From IMG/VR virus record IMGVR_UViG_3300022751_000037, positions 1 through 27,946 of that record: DNA of 27,946 bases. One strand, 5' to 3'. The notes under the pieces are model-generated. The model saw nothing but the letters and a program-made list of their open reading frames with translations, ran no database searches and was not told where the DNA came from. Positions within the stretch are counted from its first letter, which is position 1, and each line of letters starts with the position of its first letter. The translations under genes were made by a program, and so were the position numbers. Source of the DNA: a virus (lineage: Duplodnaviria; Caudoviricetes). Of the stretch, positions 17,055 to 25,152 are shown in pieces.

Positions 17055-17218
17055 AAGGCGTTATTATCCTCGGCCTCATCTACGCCGCCGGGGCGCTGGC
17101 GATCTACCTCGACGATACCCCCACGGCGGCCGCCAAAACGGAAACGCTCAGCTGTGTCCGGGTCAAGGAAGTGACCCCGGCCGGCACCATCAACTACCTT
17201 TGCGAGGTTCGGAAATGA
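17051..17218 (+). CDS. small membrane-anchored protein (55 aa)
   Basis: MKGVIILGLIYAAGALAIYL; overlaps both neighbours by ATGA. Confidence 0.65.
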   Translation: MKGVIILGLIYAAGALAIYLDDTPTAAAKTETLSCVRVKEVTPAGTINYLCEVRK

Positions 17219-17550
17219 AAGCGCCCACCAGCGAAGCGGACATCAAGAAACGGCTGTTCAAGCGGGTCAAGGAGAAAGGCGGCGAAGTGCGCAAAGTCCG
17301 GTGGGAAGGCCGCAGCAAGGCGCCCGACACCGTGATCATGCTGCCCGAGTTCATCCACCCGGTGCATGCCCACTACAACCGCGAGGCGTCCACAACCTGG
17401 GCGGAGCTGAAGACGCCGGGCGGCGCGGCCAAGTTCCCGAAGAACGCGCACGAAGAAGCGCAGGCGCGCGAGCACCAGCGCATGCGCGACGTAGGGCAGC
17501 ACGTGGTTGTGATCGACAGCTACGAGCAGATCGAAGCGCTGTTCAAATAA
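17215..17550 (+). CDS. VRR-NUC domain nuclease (111 aa)
   Basis: E.DI, KVRWEGRSKAPD, AELKTPG, Q.REH..MR..G..V.VIDS. Confidence 0.88.
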   Translation: MKAPTSEADIKKRLFKRVKEKGGEVRKVRWEGRSKAPDTVIMLPEFIHPVHAHYNREASTTWAELKTPGGAAKFPKNAHEEAQAREHQRMRDVGQHVVVIDSYEQIEALFK

Positions 17551-17553
17551 ATC

Positions 17554-17616
17554 CTTGCACAAGTAAATACTTGCGTGTATAGTTCTTACATCGCAACCCA
17601 ATCGGAGAACACCATG
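17554..17616 (+). promoter_or_regulatory. repeated promoter/operator/RBS cassette, copy 2
   Basis: 62 of 63 nt identical to copy 1. Confidence 0.85.
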
Positions 17617-17811
17617 CCCCGCTCTATCGAAACCCTCCACGCCCGCCGCGCCGCGCAGTTGAAAGCGCTGGCCCAGGTGCGCAACACCCTGCCGGCGCCG
17701 GACCGCGCCATGGTCATCGACCTGTACGACATCGAGCACTGGGCGCTGACCGACAAGCAGCTCGAAACGATCGCCGTTCTGGCTGACCGCTACCTGTGCG
17801 AGGTGGCGTGA
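17614..17811 (+). CDS. hypothetical protein (65 aa)
   Basis: Starts at the cassette ATG. Confidence 0.7.
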   Translation: MPRSIETLHARRAAQLKALAQVRNTLPAPDRAMVIDLYDIEHWALTDKQLETIAVLADRYLCEVA

Positions 17812-18221
17812 TGGCTGCGCTTGTCCACCTTGGCGCCGTCGCCCGCATAACCGACTGGCTGTTCAGCGACGATACCGGCGTCTCTTCAAAGACTATGGCC
17901 GCTGTGGCCCTCGGCATCCGCCCCTCGACGCTGAGAAATTACGGTGCCGGGGCGCCGCACGACCCCGCCGACTTTGGCCGTTGCTACCGCCTGGTGTTGA
18001 CCGTGCCTGAAATCCTCAACGCTTTTCCGGCCATCGGCATGCGCGTACCGGTGTTCGCTGGCATCCTGAAAAACTGGGACGAGTTGTGCGCGCTGTACGA
18101 GCGCGACGCGCCCTCGGGGCGTAGCGATGATTTGTACTGGCGCATTAAAGAGTTACGTGGCGATTGCGCGCAGCGCGTTCGTAAATTCAAAGTATCGGAG
18201 GCCCGCAATGCGAACCGCTGA
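17811..18221 (+). CDS. phage hypothetical protein (136 aa)
   Basis: DTGVSSKT..PHDPADFGRC; GAGG RBS. Confidence 0.7.
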   Translation: MAALVHLGAVARITDWLFSDDTGVSSKTMAAVALGIRPSTLRNYGAGAPHDPADFGRCYRLVLTVPEILNAFPAIGMRVPVFAGILKNWDELCALYERDAPSGRSDDLYWRIKELRGDCAQRVRKFKVSEARNANR

Positions 18222-18564
18222 CCTCACCGGCGCCCAGCTGGACTACCACACCGCCCGCGCCGAGGGCGTACCGGCCGCCGACCTGGAGATCCGCGCCACC
18301 GGCACCCTGTGCGTGCGCAACATGCCGCCGCTTGAGGGCCACGCCATCGGCATGTTGCTGGTGCTCGACTACAGCACGAACTGGGCGTTGTCCGGTCCGC
18401 TGGTGGAGAAGCACGGTATGGGGCTGATTCCGAATCGCCAGGAGTGGACAAGTATGCGCGGTGGGGTAGGCGCCACGGCCGGCCCCACCCCGCTGATCGC
18501 CATCTGCCTCGCCGTCGTGCGCGCCGCGTTCGGCGACGAGGTGGAGGATTTGCCATGCGCGTGA
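18208..18564 (+). CDS. NinX/DUF2591-like protein (118 aa)
   Basis: LTGAQLDY, YSTNWALSGPLVEK, GPTPLIAICLAVV. Confidence 0.8.
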   Translation: MRTADLTGAQLDYHTARAEGVPAADLEIRATGTLCVRNMPPLEGHAIGMLLVLDYSTNWALSGPLVEKHGMGLIPNRQEWTSMRGGVGATAGPTPLIAICLAVVRAAFGDEVEDLPCA

Positions 18565-18716
18565 TTGCCGTGATGTGCATCGGCAGGAACACGTTTATCC
18601 GGATCGAACTGGAGAACTTCGATGATTCCCGCGAGGAAATCGAAGCTGACGCGGAAGCCCTGGCCCAGCGCCTCGGCGCCCGCTACATGTATTTGGAGGA
18701 CACCCCCGATGCTTGA
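18555..18716 (+). CDS. hypothetical protein (~53 aa)
   Basis: GGAGG RBS; fills the gap between neighbours. Confidence 0.55.
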   Translation: MRVIAVMCIGRNTFIRIELENFDDSREEIEADAEALAQRLGARYMYLEDTPDA

Positions 18717-18891
18717 GAAACTCTACACCATCGAGATCGTCACGCGCCGCCGCTGGTGGGTGACGCCCTATGTGCACCTGCTGGCCGGCCTGTGCGTGCT
18801 GATGGGCACCGAGCCGAACTGCGACAAGGCCGGCGCGTTCCTGGCGAAGTACGGCTTCAAATACTCGGCTAAATTGAAAGAGGTGAAGTGA
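18709..18891 (+). CDS. hypothetical protein (60 aa)
   Basis: GGAGG RBS; overlaps neighbours. Confidence 0.6.
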   Translation: MLEKLYTIEIVTRRRWWVTPYVHLLAGLCVLMGTEPNCDKAGAFLAKYGFKYSAKLKEVK

Positions 18892-19205
18892 TGGTGGCTC
18901 TCTACGAAGTACCGCGCCCCGGCGAGCGCGAAATGTTTATCGTCGATCTGGAGTCGCCGTCGCGCGCGGTGCGCAAGGTGCAATTGCTGGTGAAGGTCTG
19001 CCCTAAAACCGTGTGGGCGATCGCCACGAATGGCAGACGTTACCTGATCGGCTCCAGCGCTTTCCAGACCATGGCGGCCGCCGAGCGCTGCCGCATCGCG
19101 CTGTTGCAGAAGATCGTAGCCGACCCACGCGCCGCGTACTTCGCGCCTTGGCGACTCGACAGCGCGAAGAAGGCATTGGCGAAGGCCGGAAAGACCGTGC
19201 ACTGA
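18888..19205 (+). CDS. hypothetical protein (105 aa)
   Basis: GAGGTG RBS; stop overlaps the helicase ATG. Confidence 0.65.
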   Translation: MMVALYEVPRPGEREMFIVDLESPSRAVRKVQLLVKVCPKTVWAIATNGRRYLIGSSAFQTMAAAERCRIALLQKIVADPRAAYFAPWRLDSAKKALAKAGKTVH

Positions 19206-20605
19206 TGATCATCGTCCCGAAAGACTTCGCGCCGCGCCCCTACCAGAAGATCATCACCGACTTCATCCTCGACAACGAGCGGTGCGGGGTGTGGGCTGGC
19301 ATGGGTTTGGGCAAGAGTATTTCCTCGCTCAACGCGCTGGACACCCTGCAGGCGCTCGACGACCGCCCGATCCTGGTCGTCGCGCCGCTGCGGGTGGCCA
19401 CCACCACCTGGCCCGATGAGGTGCGTAAATGGAACCATCTCCGGCACCTCACCGTGCTGCCGATCACGGGCAGCGAGAAGGAGCGCATGCGCGCGCTGAA
19501 ATACGACGCCAACATCTACGCAACTAATTTCGAGCAGCTGCCCTGGCTAGTCGAGCACTACGGCGAGCGCTGGCCGTTCGCCACGGTGGTGATCGACGAG
19601 AGCACCAAGCTGAAGGGCTTCCGGCTGCGGCAGGGCACCCAGCGCGCCAAGGCCTTGGGCCGGGTGGCCCACACGAAGATCAAGCGCATCGTCGAGCTGA
19701 CCGGCACGCCGGCGCCCAACGGCCTTGAGGACTTGTGGGGCCAGGCGTGGTTTTTGGACAAGGGCGCGCGGCTCGGCCGCACCTATGACGACTTCAAGAA
19801 ACGGTGGTTCCGCAAGAAGTACAGCGGCTTCGGCACCGAGCCGATGGACCATGCCCAGGAGCAGATCCAGCGCGCGCTGCGCGACATCTGCGTCACCATC
19901 GACGCCAAGGACTGGTTCGACCTGAAAGACCCGATCGTCAATAACATCTACGTCGATTTGCCGGCCAAGGCGCGCGCGCTGTATCAGGAAATGGAGAAGA
20001 AAGCCTTCATGGAGATTGCGGCCATGAACACCATGCACAAGATCGAGGCCATCGGCGCGGCGCAGAAGATCGGCAAGCTGCTCCAGCTGAGCAACGGCGC
20101 CGCCTATCTGTCACCGGGCAGCAGCGAGTGGGCCGAGGTGCACGACGCGAAGATCCACGCGCTGGAGGACATCGTGGAAGAGGCGGCCGGCATGCCGGTG
20201 CTGGTGTCGATCCAGTTCAAGAGCGACCTCGCGCGCCTGCTCAAAGCCTTCGGCAAGGACGCCATTGCGTTGAACACCCAGGCGGGCGTGCGTCGCGCGC
20301 AGGCGGGCGAGGGCAAGGTGTGGCTGGGCCACCCGGCCAGTATGGGCCACGGCGTCGACGGCCTGCAGGAGCACACCAATATCATGGCCTTCTTCGGTCA
20401 CGACTGGAACCTGGAGCAGCGCCTGCAAATCATTGAGCGCATCGGGCCGACGCGGCAAATGCAGGCCGGGAAGGATCGGCCGATGTTTATTCATAACATA
20501 ATAACAAGGGATTCCGCAGACGAAATGGTCATCGAACGGGTGGAGACGAAGCGCTCGGTGCAGGACGTGCTGCTTGCGGCGATGAAGGCCAAGGGCTACG
20601 CATAA
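19205..20605 (+). CDS. SNF2-like SF2 helicase (466 aa)
   Basis: PRPYQ, GMGLGKS, VVAPLRV, VIDEST, LTGTP, DLWGQ, HPASMGHGVDGLQ, QIIERIG. Confidence 0.93.
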   Translation: MIIVPKDFAPRPYQKIITDFILDNERCGVWAGMGLGKSISSLNALDTLQALDDRPILVVAPLRVATTTWPDEVRKWNHLRHLTVLPITGSEKERMRALKYDANIYATNFEQLPWLVEHYGERWPFATVVIDESTKLKGFRLRQGTQRAKALGRVAHTKIKRIVELTGTPAPNGLEDLWGQAWFLDKGARLGRTYDDFKKRWFRKKYSGFGTEPMDHAQEQIQRALRDICVTIDAKDWFDLKDPIVNNIYVDLPAKARALYQEMEKKAFMEIAAMNTMHKIEAIGAAQKIGKLLQLSNGAAYLSPGSSEWAEVHDAKIHALEDIVEEAAGMPVLVSIQFKSDLARLLKAFGKDAIALNTQAGVRRAQAGEGKVWLGHPASMGHGVDGLQEHTNIMAFFGHDWNLEQRLQIIERIGPTRQMQAGKDRPMFIHNIITRDSADEMVIERVETKRSVQDVLLAAMKAKGYA

Positions 20606-20648
20606 ATAACTTGCACAAGTAAATACTTGCGTGTATAGTTCTTACATC
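20604..20648 (+). promoter_or_regulatory. repeated promoter/operator cassette, copy 3
   Basis: AAATAACTTGCACAAGTAAATACTTGCGTGTATAGTTCTTACATC; leader diverges afterwards. Confidence 0.85.
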
Positions 20649-20671
20649 AACCAACCCAAGGAGAAACCCAA

Positions 20672-21034
20672 ATGAACGAACAACTGCAAACCGCGCTGCT
20701 GATGATCCTCAACGGCACGATCAGCGCCGCGACGGCGGCGAAAGACTTCCTGCTGGCCGAGATGCCGGACGTGCTGCGCCAGCTGCTGGTGTGGAAGGCC
20801 GCAGAGGCGGGCGTCATCGCATTGGCGCTACTAATCGGCGCGTCCCTGGTCTTCGCAGCCTGGTGGAAGAATCGCAAGTGGTGCTTGGAGGAACTCGGTC
20901 CTCTAAATCTTTTTCCCGGCATGCTTATTTTCGGCCTGCTTTTCGCCGCGCTCTGCAACCTGCTGACAGTTCTTCAAATTCTGCTGGCCCCAAAGATATA
21001 CCTGATCGAATACGCCGCCTCGCTCGTAAAATAA
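20672..21034 (+). CDS. membrane protein (120 aa)
   Basis: AAGGAG RBS; two hydrophobic segments; APKIYLIEYAASL C-terminus. Confidence 0.75.
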   Translation: MNEQLQTALLMILNGTISAATAAKDFLLAEMPDVLRQLLVWKAAEAGVIALALLIGASLVFAAWWKNRKWCLEELGPLNLFPGMLIFGLLFAALCNLLTVLQILLAPKIYLIEYAASLVK

Positions 21035-21072
21035 ACCGCCGCCCGCTACGGCGGGCATCACCTGGACGCACC

Positions 21073-21918
21073 ATGAAAACCATCCTCACAATTGCCCTCG
21101 CCGCCATGCTGACCGCGTGCGGCGGCATGCAAGACGCCCACGCCGAGCGCGTACGGCAAATCTACCGGCCGTCGCTGCCGGCTGTCTCGATCACGGCGCC
21201 CGATGGTCGCACCACGATCAGCACCTGCGTGCACGACGCTGGGGCTATCTGCTCGCTGGTGCGCAACGGCGTCGAGTACATCAACGACACCGACCACGGC
21301 CGACAGTTGCAAAGCGCGGTGTCATACGACGGCAAGGGCGAGAACGACAACCCGACCGAGGCCGGAGCGTCGTTCCGGACGAACGGCTACAACCCGTCGC
21401 CGTCGAGCAGCCGACTTGTCGAGTCGAGCGGCGCGGGCAACGTCATCAGCACCTTCAGCCAGATGGCCTACTGGAACCCGGTCGCCGGCCAGCGCACCAG
21501 TGACACCTATTTCGAGAAGCGCGTCCAGTTCATCACGCCGACCGTGATCCGCTATGACGTGGCCTACGTGGTGCCGAAGAAGCAGGCCGCCACGTTCGAA
21601 ACGCTGACCGCCTACATGCCGGCCGCCTTCAGCGAGTTCTATACCGCCGATGGCGCGCCGCTGTCGGACGGTCCAGGCGAGCAGGAGAAGCCGGTGATCC
21701 TGTCCACGCCCGATCGGCAGCACGCGATGGGCATCTACTCGCCGCGCACCGTAGGCTACGGCCGGTGGCGCTTCTCCGCCGATGGCGTCGTGAAGTGGAA
21801 TGCCGTCGTTCGCATGGCCGATGTGGAGGGAATCTACCGTTTCACCTCGTATGTGGTGGTGGGCACACTGGACAGCGTGCGCGCCGACATTGCCAAACTT
21901 TCCCAACAACCTTTCTAA
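21073..21918 (+). CDS. putative lipoprotein, beta-rich (281 aa)
   Basis: MKTILTIALAAMLTAC lipobox; DHGRQLQS..NPTEAG. Confidence 0.75.
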   Translation: MKTILTIALAAMLTACGGMQDAHAERVRQIYRPSLPAVSITAPDGRTTISTCVHDAGAICSLVRNGVEYINDTDHGRQLQSAVSYDGKGENDNPTEAGASFRTNGYNPSPSSSRLVESSGAGNVISTFSQMAYWNPVAGQRTSDTYFEKRVQFITPTVIRYDVAYVVPKKQAATFETLTAYMPAAFSEFYTADGAPLSDGPGEQEKPVILSTPDRQHAMGIYSPRTVGYGRWRFSADGVVKWNAVVRMADVEGIYRFTSYVVVGTLDSVRADIAKLSQQPF

Positions 21919-21928
21919 GGAGAACACC

Positions 21929-22216
21929 ATGCAAAAACCAATCCCCACCCTCAACGATCCTTGGGTCCGCTGGGCGCGGCTCGTCGGCGTCCTGTTCGTG
22001 TCGGCCACCGTGCTGGCGCTGTTCGGCTCACTGGTGACGGGTTGCACACAGAAAGATACGCTCCTCGCGCCGCCGCAAGAGCAATCCACCACGGGCGAAG
22101 TCAATCGCTATGTAGATCCCGACACCGCGTGCCAATACCTGGTGGTGAAGGGCTACGGCCCGTCGTATTCGATTGCCCCGCGCATGGACCGCGACGGCAA
22201 GCAGGTGTGCAAATGA
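21929..22216 (+). CDS. membrane-anchored DUF6440-like protein (95 aa)
   Basis: AAGGAG RBS; TM segment; YVDPDTACQYL..IAPRMDRDGK. Confidence 0.65.
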   Translation: MQKPIPTLNDPWVRWARLVGVLFVSATVLALFGSLVTGCTQKDTLLAPPQEQSTTGEVNRYVDPDTACQYLVVKGYGPSYSIAPRMDRDGKQVCK

Positions 22217-22344
22217 CCCGCTGGCACTCGCCCGACTGGAGAAGCGTTAAACGGGCCACTGTGCGTGCCGAGCGCGATCTGGCGGTGCAAGGCTGGCTTG
22301 TCGTTTTAATCGCCGTGGCGGCGCTGCTCGCAAGCCTGTGCTAG
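22213..22344 (+). CDS. small membrane peptide (43 aa)
   Basis: ATGA overlap; hydrophobic C-terminus. Confidence 0.45.
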   Translation: MTRWHSPDWRSVKRATVRAERDLAVQGWLVVLIAVAALLASLC

Positions 22345-22383
22345 ACTGGCACCTTGCAGTAGGGTTAGCAGACCCACCCTTTG

Positions 22384-22411
22384 GCCCGGCGCTCGCGTCG
22401 GGCTTCTTTTT
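22384..22411 (+). terminator. intrinsic terminator between convergent early and late units
   Basis: GC stem GCCCGGCG..CGTCGGGC followed by TTCTTTTT. Confidence 0.75.
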
Positions 22412-22413
22412 GC

Positions 22414-22668
22414 CTACTTCGGCCAGGCGTCCACCGTCTTGCGGTGGCGGATAGCGCAATCGGCATAGCGCGGGATCAGCACCTCCTGCACCCACCCCTG
22501 CAGCACATCATAGTCGTCGGTGGTCGGCGTCTCGCCGATCAGCGCGCAATCACTTGCGAGGTACTGGTCGAGCAAGGGCCGCGTCTGCTGCGGCGGCGCT
22601 TTCGGCGAGGTTGCGCAGCCGCACAGGGCCAGGCTTGCAATCAGCAGGGAGAGGGGGAGGGGGCGCAT
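22414..22668 (-). CDS. o-spanin (Rz1-like lipoprotein, 84 aa)
   Basis: Signal peptide with LALCGC lipobox; overlaps the i-spanin 3' end. Confidence 0.8.
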   Translation of the reverse strand: MRPLPLSLLIASLALCGCATSPKAPPQQTRPLLDQYLASDCALIGETPTTDDYDVLQGWVQEVLIPRYADCAIRHRKTVDAWPK

Positions 22669-22954
22669 TTTTCTGGTTCCTTCGGATGGCGGCGAGCTGG
22701 GTGTTGACGGCGGACAGATCGGTCTGCGCGCCGAGGGCGGCGGCGGCGATCACCTCGGCGGCCACCTTGTAGTCGGCCAGCGCTACCTGCGACGCCTGCG
22801 AGATCGCGTTGGCCTCGTCGCGCTTCGTCTCGGCCGCTGTGATCTTCAGGTCGGCGATAGTGTCGGCATACCACAGCTTGGCACCGAAGCCGCCAGCGAC
22901 AAGGCCAGCGACCAGCGCGCCGGCGGCGATCGGCCAGGTGGGAATCAGGCTCAT
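22550..22954 (-). CDS. i-spanin (Rz-like, 134 aa)
   Basis: N-terminal TM, Ala-rich helix, LPADC; follows the endolysin. Confidence 0.8.
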   Translation of the reverse strand: MSLIPTWPIAAGALVAGLVAGGFGAKLWYADTIADLKITAAETKRDEANAISQASQVALADYKVAAEVIAAAALGAQTDLSAVNTQLAAIRRNQKNAPPPPLPADCKPGPVRLRNLAESAAAADAALARPVPRK

Positions 22955-23412
22955 CCGATCACCATACGTTCGATCAACCGCGCGGCGCGGTTCGGGGTCT
23001 GCTCCTTGGCCCATGCCGAGTCGCGCATCTGTGCCGCTGCTTCCTTGAAGTCGCCCACCTGCATGGCCGCCACCGCCTTGCGGAAGGCGAGCAAGCCCGA
23101 CACGCCCAACTGGAAAGCCATGTTGAGAATGACGCGCTGGCGATTGTCCGACAGGCGGCGCCACCATGGCGCGCGGCGGTCGAGCTCCACCATCTTGGTG
23201 TCGATGTCCAGGTTGAGCAGCAGCACCGACTGGCGCGGGGTGATGCTCTTACCCTCGCGCAGGTCGATGCCGAACGGCGCAGGGTCGGCGCCCTTGGCCG
23301 GGTCCAGCAGGTGGCCCACGCCGATGGTCCAGTAGCCCAGGTGGTCCTTGTACGAGCGCAGCTTCTCGCCCTCGTCGGCGCGCAGCTCGATGTTCAGTAG
23401 TTCGCGGTTCAT
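22951..23412 (-). CDS. endolysin, T4-lysozyme-like GH24 (153 aa)
   Basis: DEG..SYKDHLGYWTIGVGH (E-x8-D-x5-T), NMAFQLG, DSAWAKEQTPNRA. Confidence 0.93.
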   Translation of the reverse strand: MNRELLNIELRADEGEKLRSYKDHLGYWTIGVGHLLDPAKGADPAPFGIDLREGKSITPRQSVLLLNLDIDTKMVELDRRAPWWRRLSDNRQRVILNMAFQLGVSGLLAFRKAVAAMQVGDFKEAAAQMRDSAWAKEQTPNRAARLIERMVIG

Positions 23413-23867
23413 GGCGGGGTTTCCTCCCTTGGTGCCGGTGCGGGCGGCGCGCCGCGCAGCCGGTTAAAGATATCGGCCATCCAGCCGAACAGGCCGTCGT
23501 CCACCCCACGATCGATGACGCGGCTACCGCCGGCGCCGCCGAGGGTGATCAGCGCGGCTTGTAACGAGAAGTAGAGCGGGGTCCAGCTGACCAGCAGGAA
23601 AACCAGCATGCCGGCGGCCAGGCCGCAGAACAGATCCTTGACGATCTCAAGCCATACGCTCTTGATCTGCAAGTCGGGCTTGGTGATTTTGTTGAGGGTG
23701 TTGGCCGCCGCGCCGATCAGCGAGAAGATGATGGTGTACTTGATGGCCGCGAAGGGAATGGACTCGATGCCCTTTGCGAGATCGGTCTCTGCCGCATAGG
23801 CTGCGGCGCACCAGAAGGCGCAAAGATAAATCCAGAAGGCAACCTTCAGCTGCAAGCTCTTTGCCAC
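23409..23867 (-). CDS. putative holin (~152 aa; start uncertain)
   Basis: Three TM segments plus a signal-like N-terminus; directly upstream of the endolysin; GAGG before GTG 23867. Confidence 0.65.
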   Translation of the reverse strand: MAKSLQLKVAFWIYLCAFWCAAAYAAETDLAKGIESIPFAAIKYTIIFSLIGAAANTLNKITKPDLQIKSVWLEIVKDLFCGLAAGMLVFLLVSWTPLYFSLQAALITLGGAGGSRVIDRGVDDGLFGWMADIFNRLRGAPPAPAPREETPP

Positions 23868-24301
23868 CCTGGGCCTCGTGATCGTAGTTTGGCGTCTAGA
23901 AACGCAACGGCAATATTTAGGAACGCATGCCAATAGAAAAATAATAACAATGATACGCTGTGCCCGCCCCTTTCTGCAACAAATGGTTGCGCCGCGTAGC
24001 AGAATGCCAAACTTGCAAAGAGGTAGTGGCGATACCGGAACGTCCGGCGCCAGGTGATATAGAGCTTGCGCCGGCCGAAGCTGATGTAGTCCGGAGTCCA
24101 GTCGTTGAGCAGCACATCGAACACCAGCACCAGTCCGATCAGCGCCATGGCCCACAGCAGCGCGGTGCCGTCGGCGTAGCGGTTCACCTCGTACAGCCCG
24201 GTGAGCGGGTCGTTGGTGCCGTAGTACCAGGAGACAAGGGCGCCGCCACCCATGGCCAAGCGGGTGAGGGCGGGGAATTGGTCTTGCAAGCGTTGGATCA
24301 T
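23846..24301 (-). CDS. membrane protein (151 aa)
   Basis: GAGG RBS; 3-4 hydrophobic segments; ATGA overlap with the upstream ORF. Confidence 0.7.
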   Translation of the reverse strand: MIQRLQDQFPALTRLAMGGGALVSWYYGTNDPLTGLYEVNRYADGTALLWAMALIGLVLVFDVLLNDWTPDYISFGRRKLYITWRRTFRYRHYLFASLAFCYAAQPFVAERGGHSVSLLLFFYWHAFLNIAVAFLDAKLRSRGPGWQRACS

Positions 24302-24681
24302 TGGCTTCCTCGATTCCGAAGACGGGAGGACGCTGGGATGAAAGATAGGCATAGGATCTCCGAAAGTTCGAGGATCGCCTGCAGCGCGCGGTACTGGCTA
24401 AACGGGTGGCTCCCGTCTCTATAGTAGCCCATGAAGTGGACAAATACCAACACGGCACAGATGGAGGCGATAACGACACTAGCAGCAGCTCTTAGGCGCA
24501 GTGCCACGAGGGCGACAACGATCTCGGCGAGACCGCAGAAAATGTAATAGGTCGGCCATTCTGTTGGGGCCGGAATAAAAATGCTCGCGGCCACCACTGC
24601 GGTGAGCGCGAGCATGCGCCAGTCTTTCCAGTTCAGCCAAACGGCGAGCGCCAGCAGCCCCAGATAGAGCGGCGTGCGCAT
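24298..24681 (-). CDS. multi-pass membrane protein (127 aa)
   Basis: 4-5 hydrophobic segments; starts 1 nt after the peptide stop. Confidence 0.7.
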   Translation of the reverse strand: MRTPLYLGLLALAVWLNWKDWRMLALTAVVAASIFIPAPTEWPTYYIFCGLAEIVVALVALRLRAAASVVIASICAVLVFVHFMGYYRDGSHPFSQYRALQAILELSEILCLSFIPASSRLRNRGSQ

Positions 24682-24682
24682 A

Positions 24683-24778
24683 TTACTTCGGAGGCTTCGG
24701 TGGTGGCTCGGTGCCGCCGCCGGTCTGCGGGGTAGGCACCGGATCAGGGGTCGGTACGGGCTTAGGATCTGCGCACAT
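24683..24778 (-). CDS. Pro-rich 31-aa peptide, missing from the ORF track
   Basis: AAAGGA RBS; MCADPKPVPTPDPVPTPQTGGGTEPPPKPPK*. Confidence 0.6.
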   Translation of the reverse strand: MCADPKPVPTPDPVPTPQTGGGTEPPPKPPK

Positions 24779-24814
24779 GATGTTTCCTTTCAGGGTGAAT
24801 GTACGCGAATTCTA

Positions 24815-25141
24815 TCACTCTTCCTCGGCTTCGGGAGCAGGAGATTCCAGCCACTCGTGATCGGGCGGCGGCTGCTCGGGCATGTCGCCAGGTGGCGGGA
24901 ACTCGGTCGGTGGCGGAACATCGGGGTCAGCCACTTCGGGGCGCGGCCGGCAGGTCATCGCGGTGACGCCCTCGGCTTCGTACATGCCCAGTTCGACATA
25001 GGCGATGCACAGCCACTCAGCGTCGCACATGGACGCCACAATGACGTTGAGGATGCGGCCATTCTGATCCAGCAGTTCGACGGCCGGCAAGACCGGATCG
25101 TCGATGGTGCAGGTGTTCGGTGGAATATTTTCCCAGCCCAT
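24815..25141 (-). CDS. acidic/Pro-rich protein, possible tail-fibre assembly factor (108 aa)
   Basis: AAGGGAG RBS; follows the tail fibre gene. Confidence 0.65.
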   Translation of the reverse strand: MGWENIPPNTCTIDDPVLPAVELLDQNGRILNVIVASMCDAEWLCIAYVELGMYEAEGVTAMTCRPRPEVADPDVPPPTEFPPPGDMPEQPPPDHEWLESPAPEAEEE

Positions 25142-25152
25142 GAGGTGCTCCC

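Noticed and set aside
15450-20648. The three repeats as a CRISPR array or att sites
   Set aside because: They are 2-3 kb apart, have promoter and RBS structure, and no integrase is in the window
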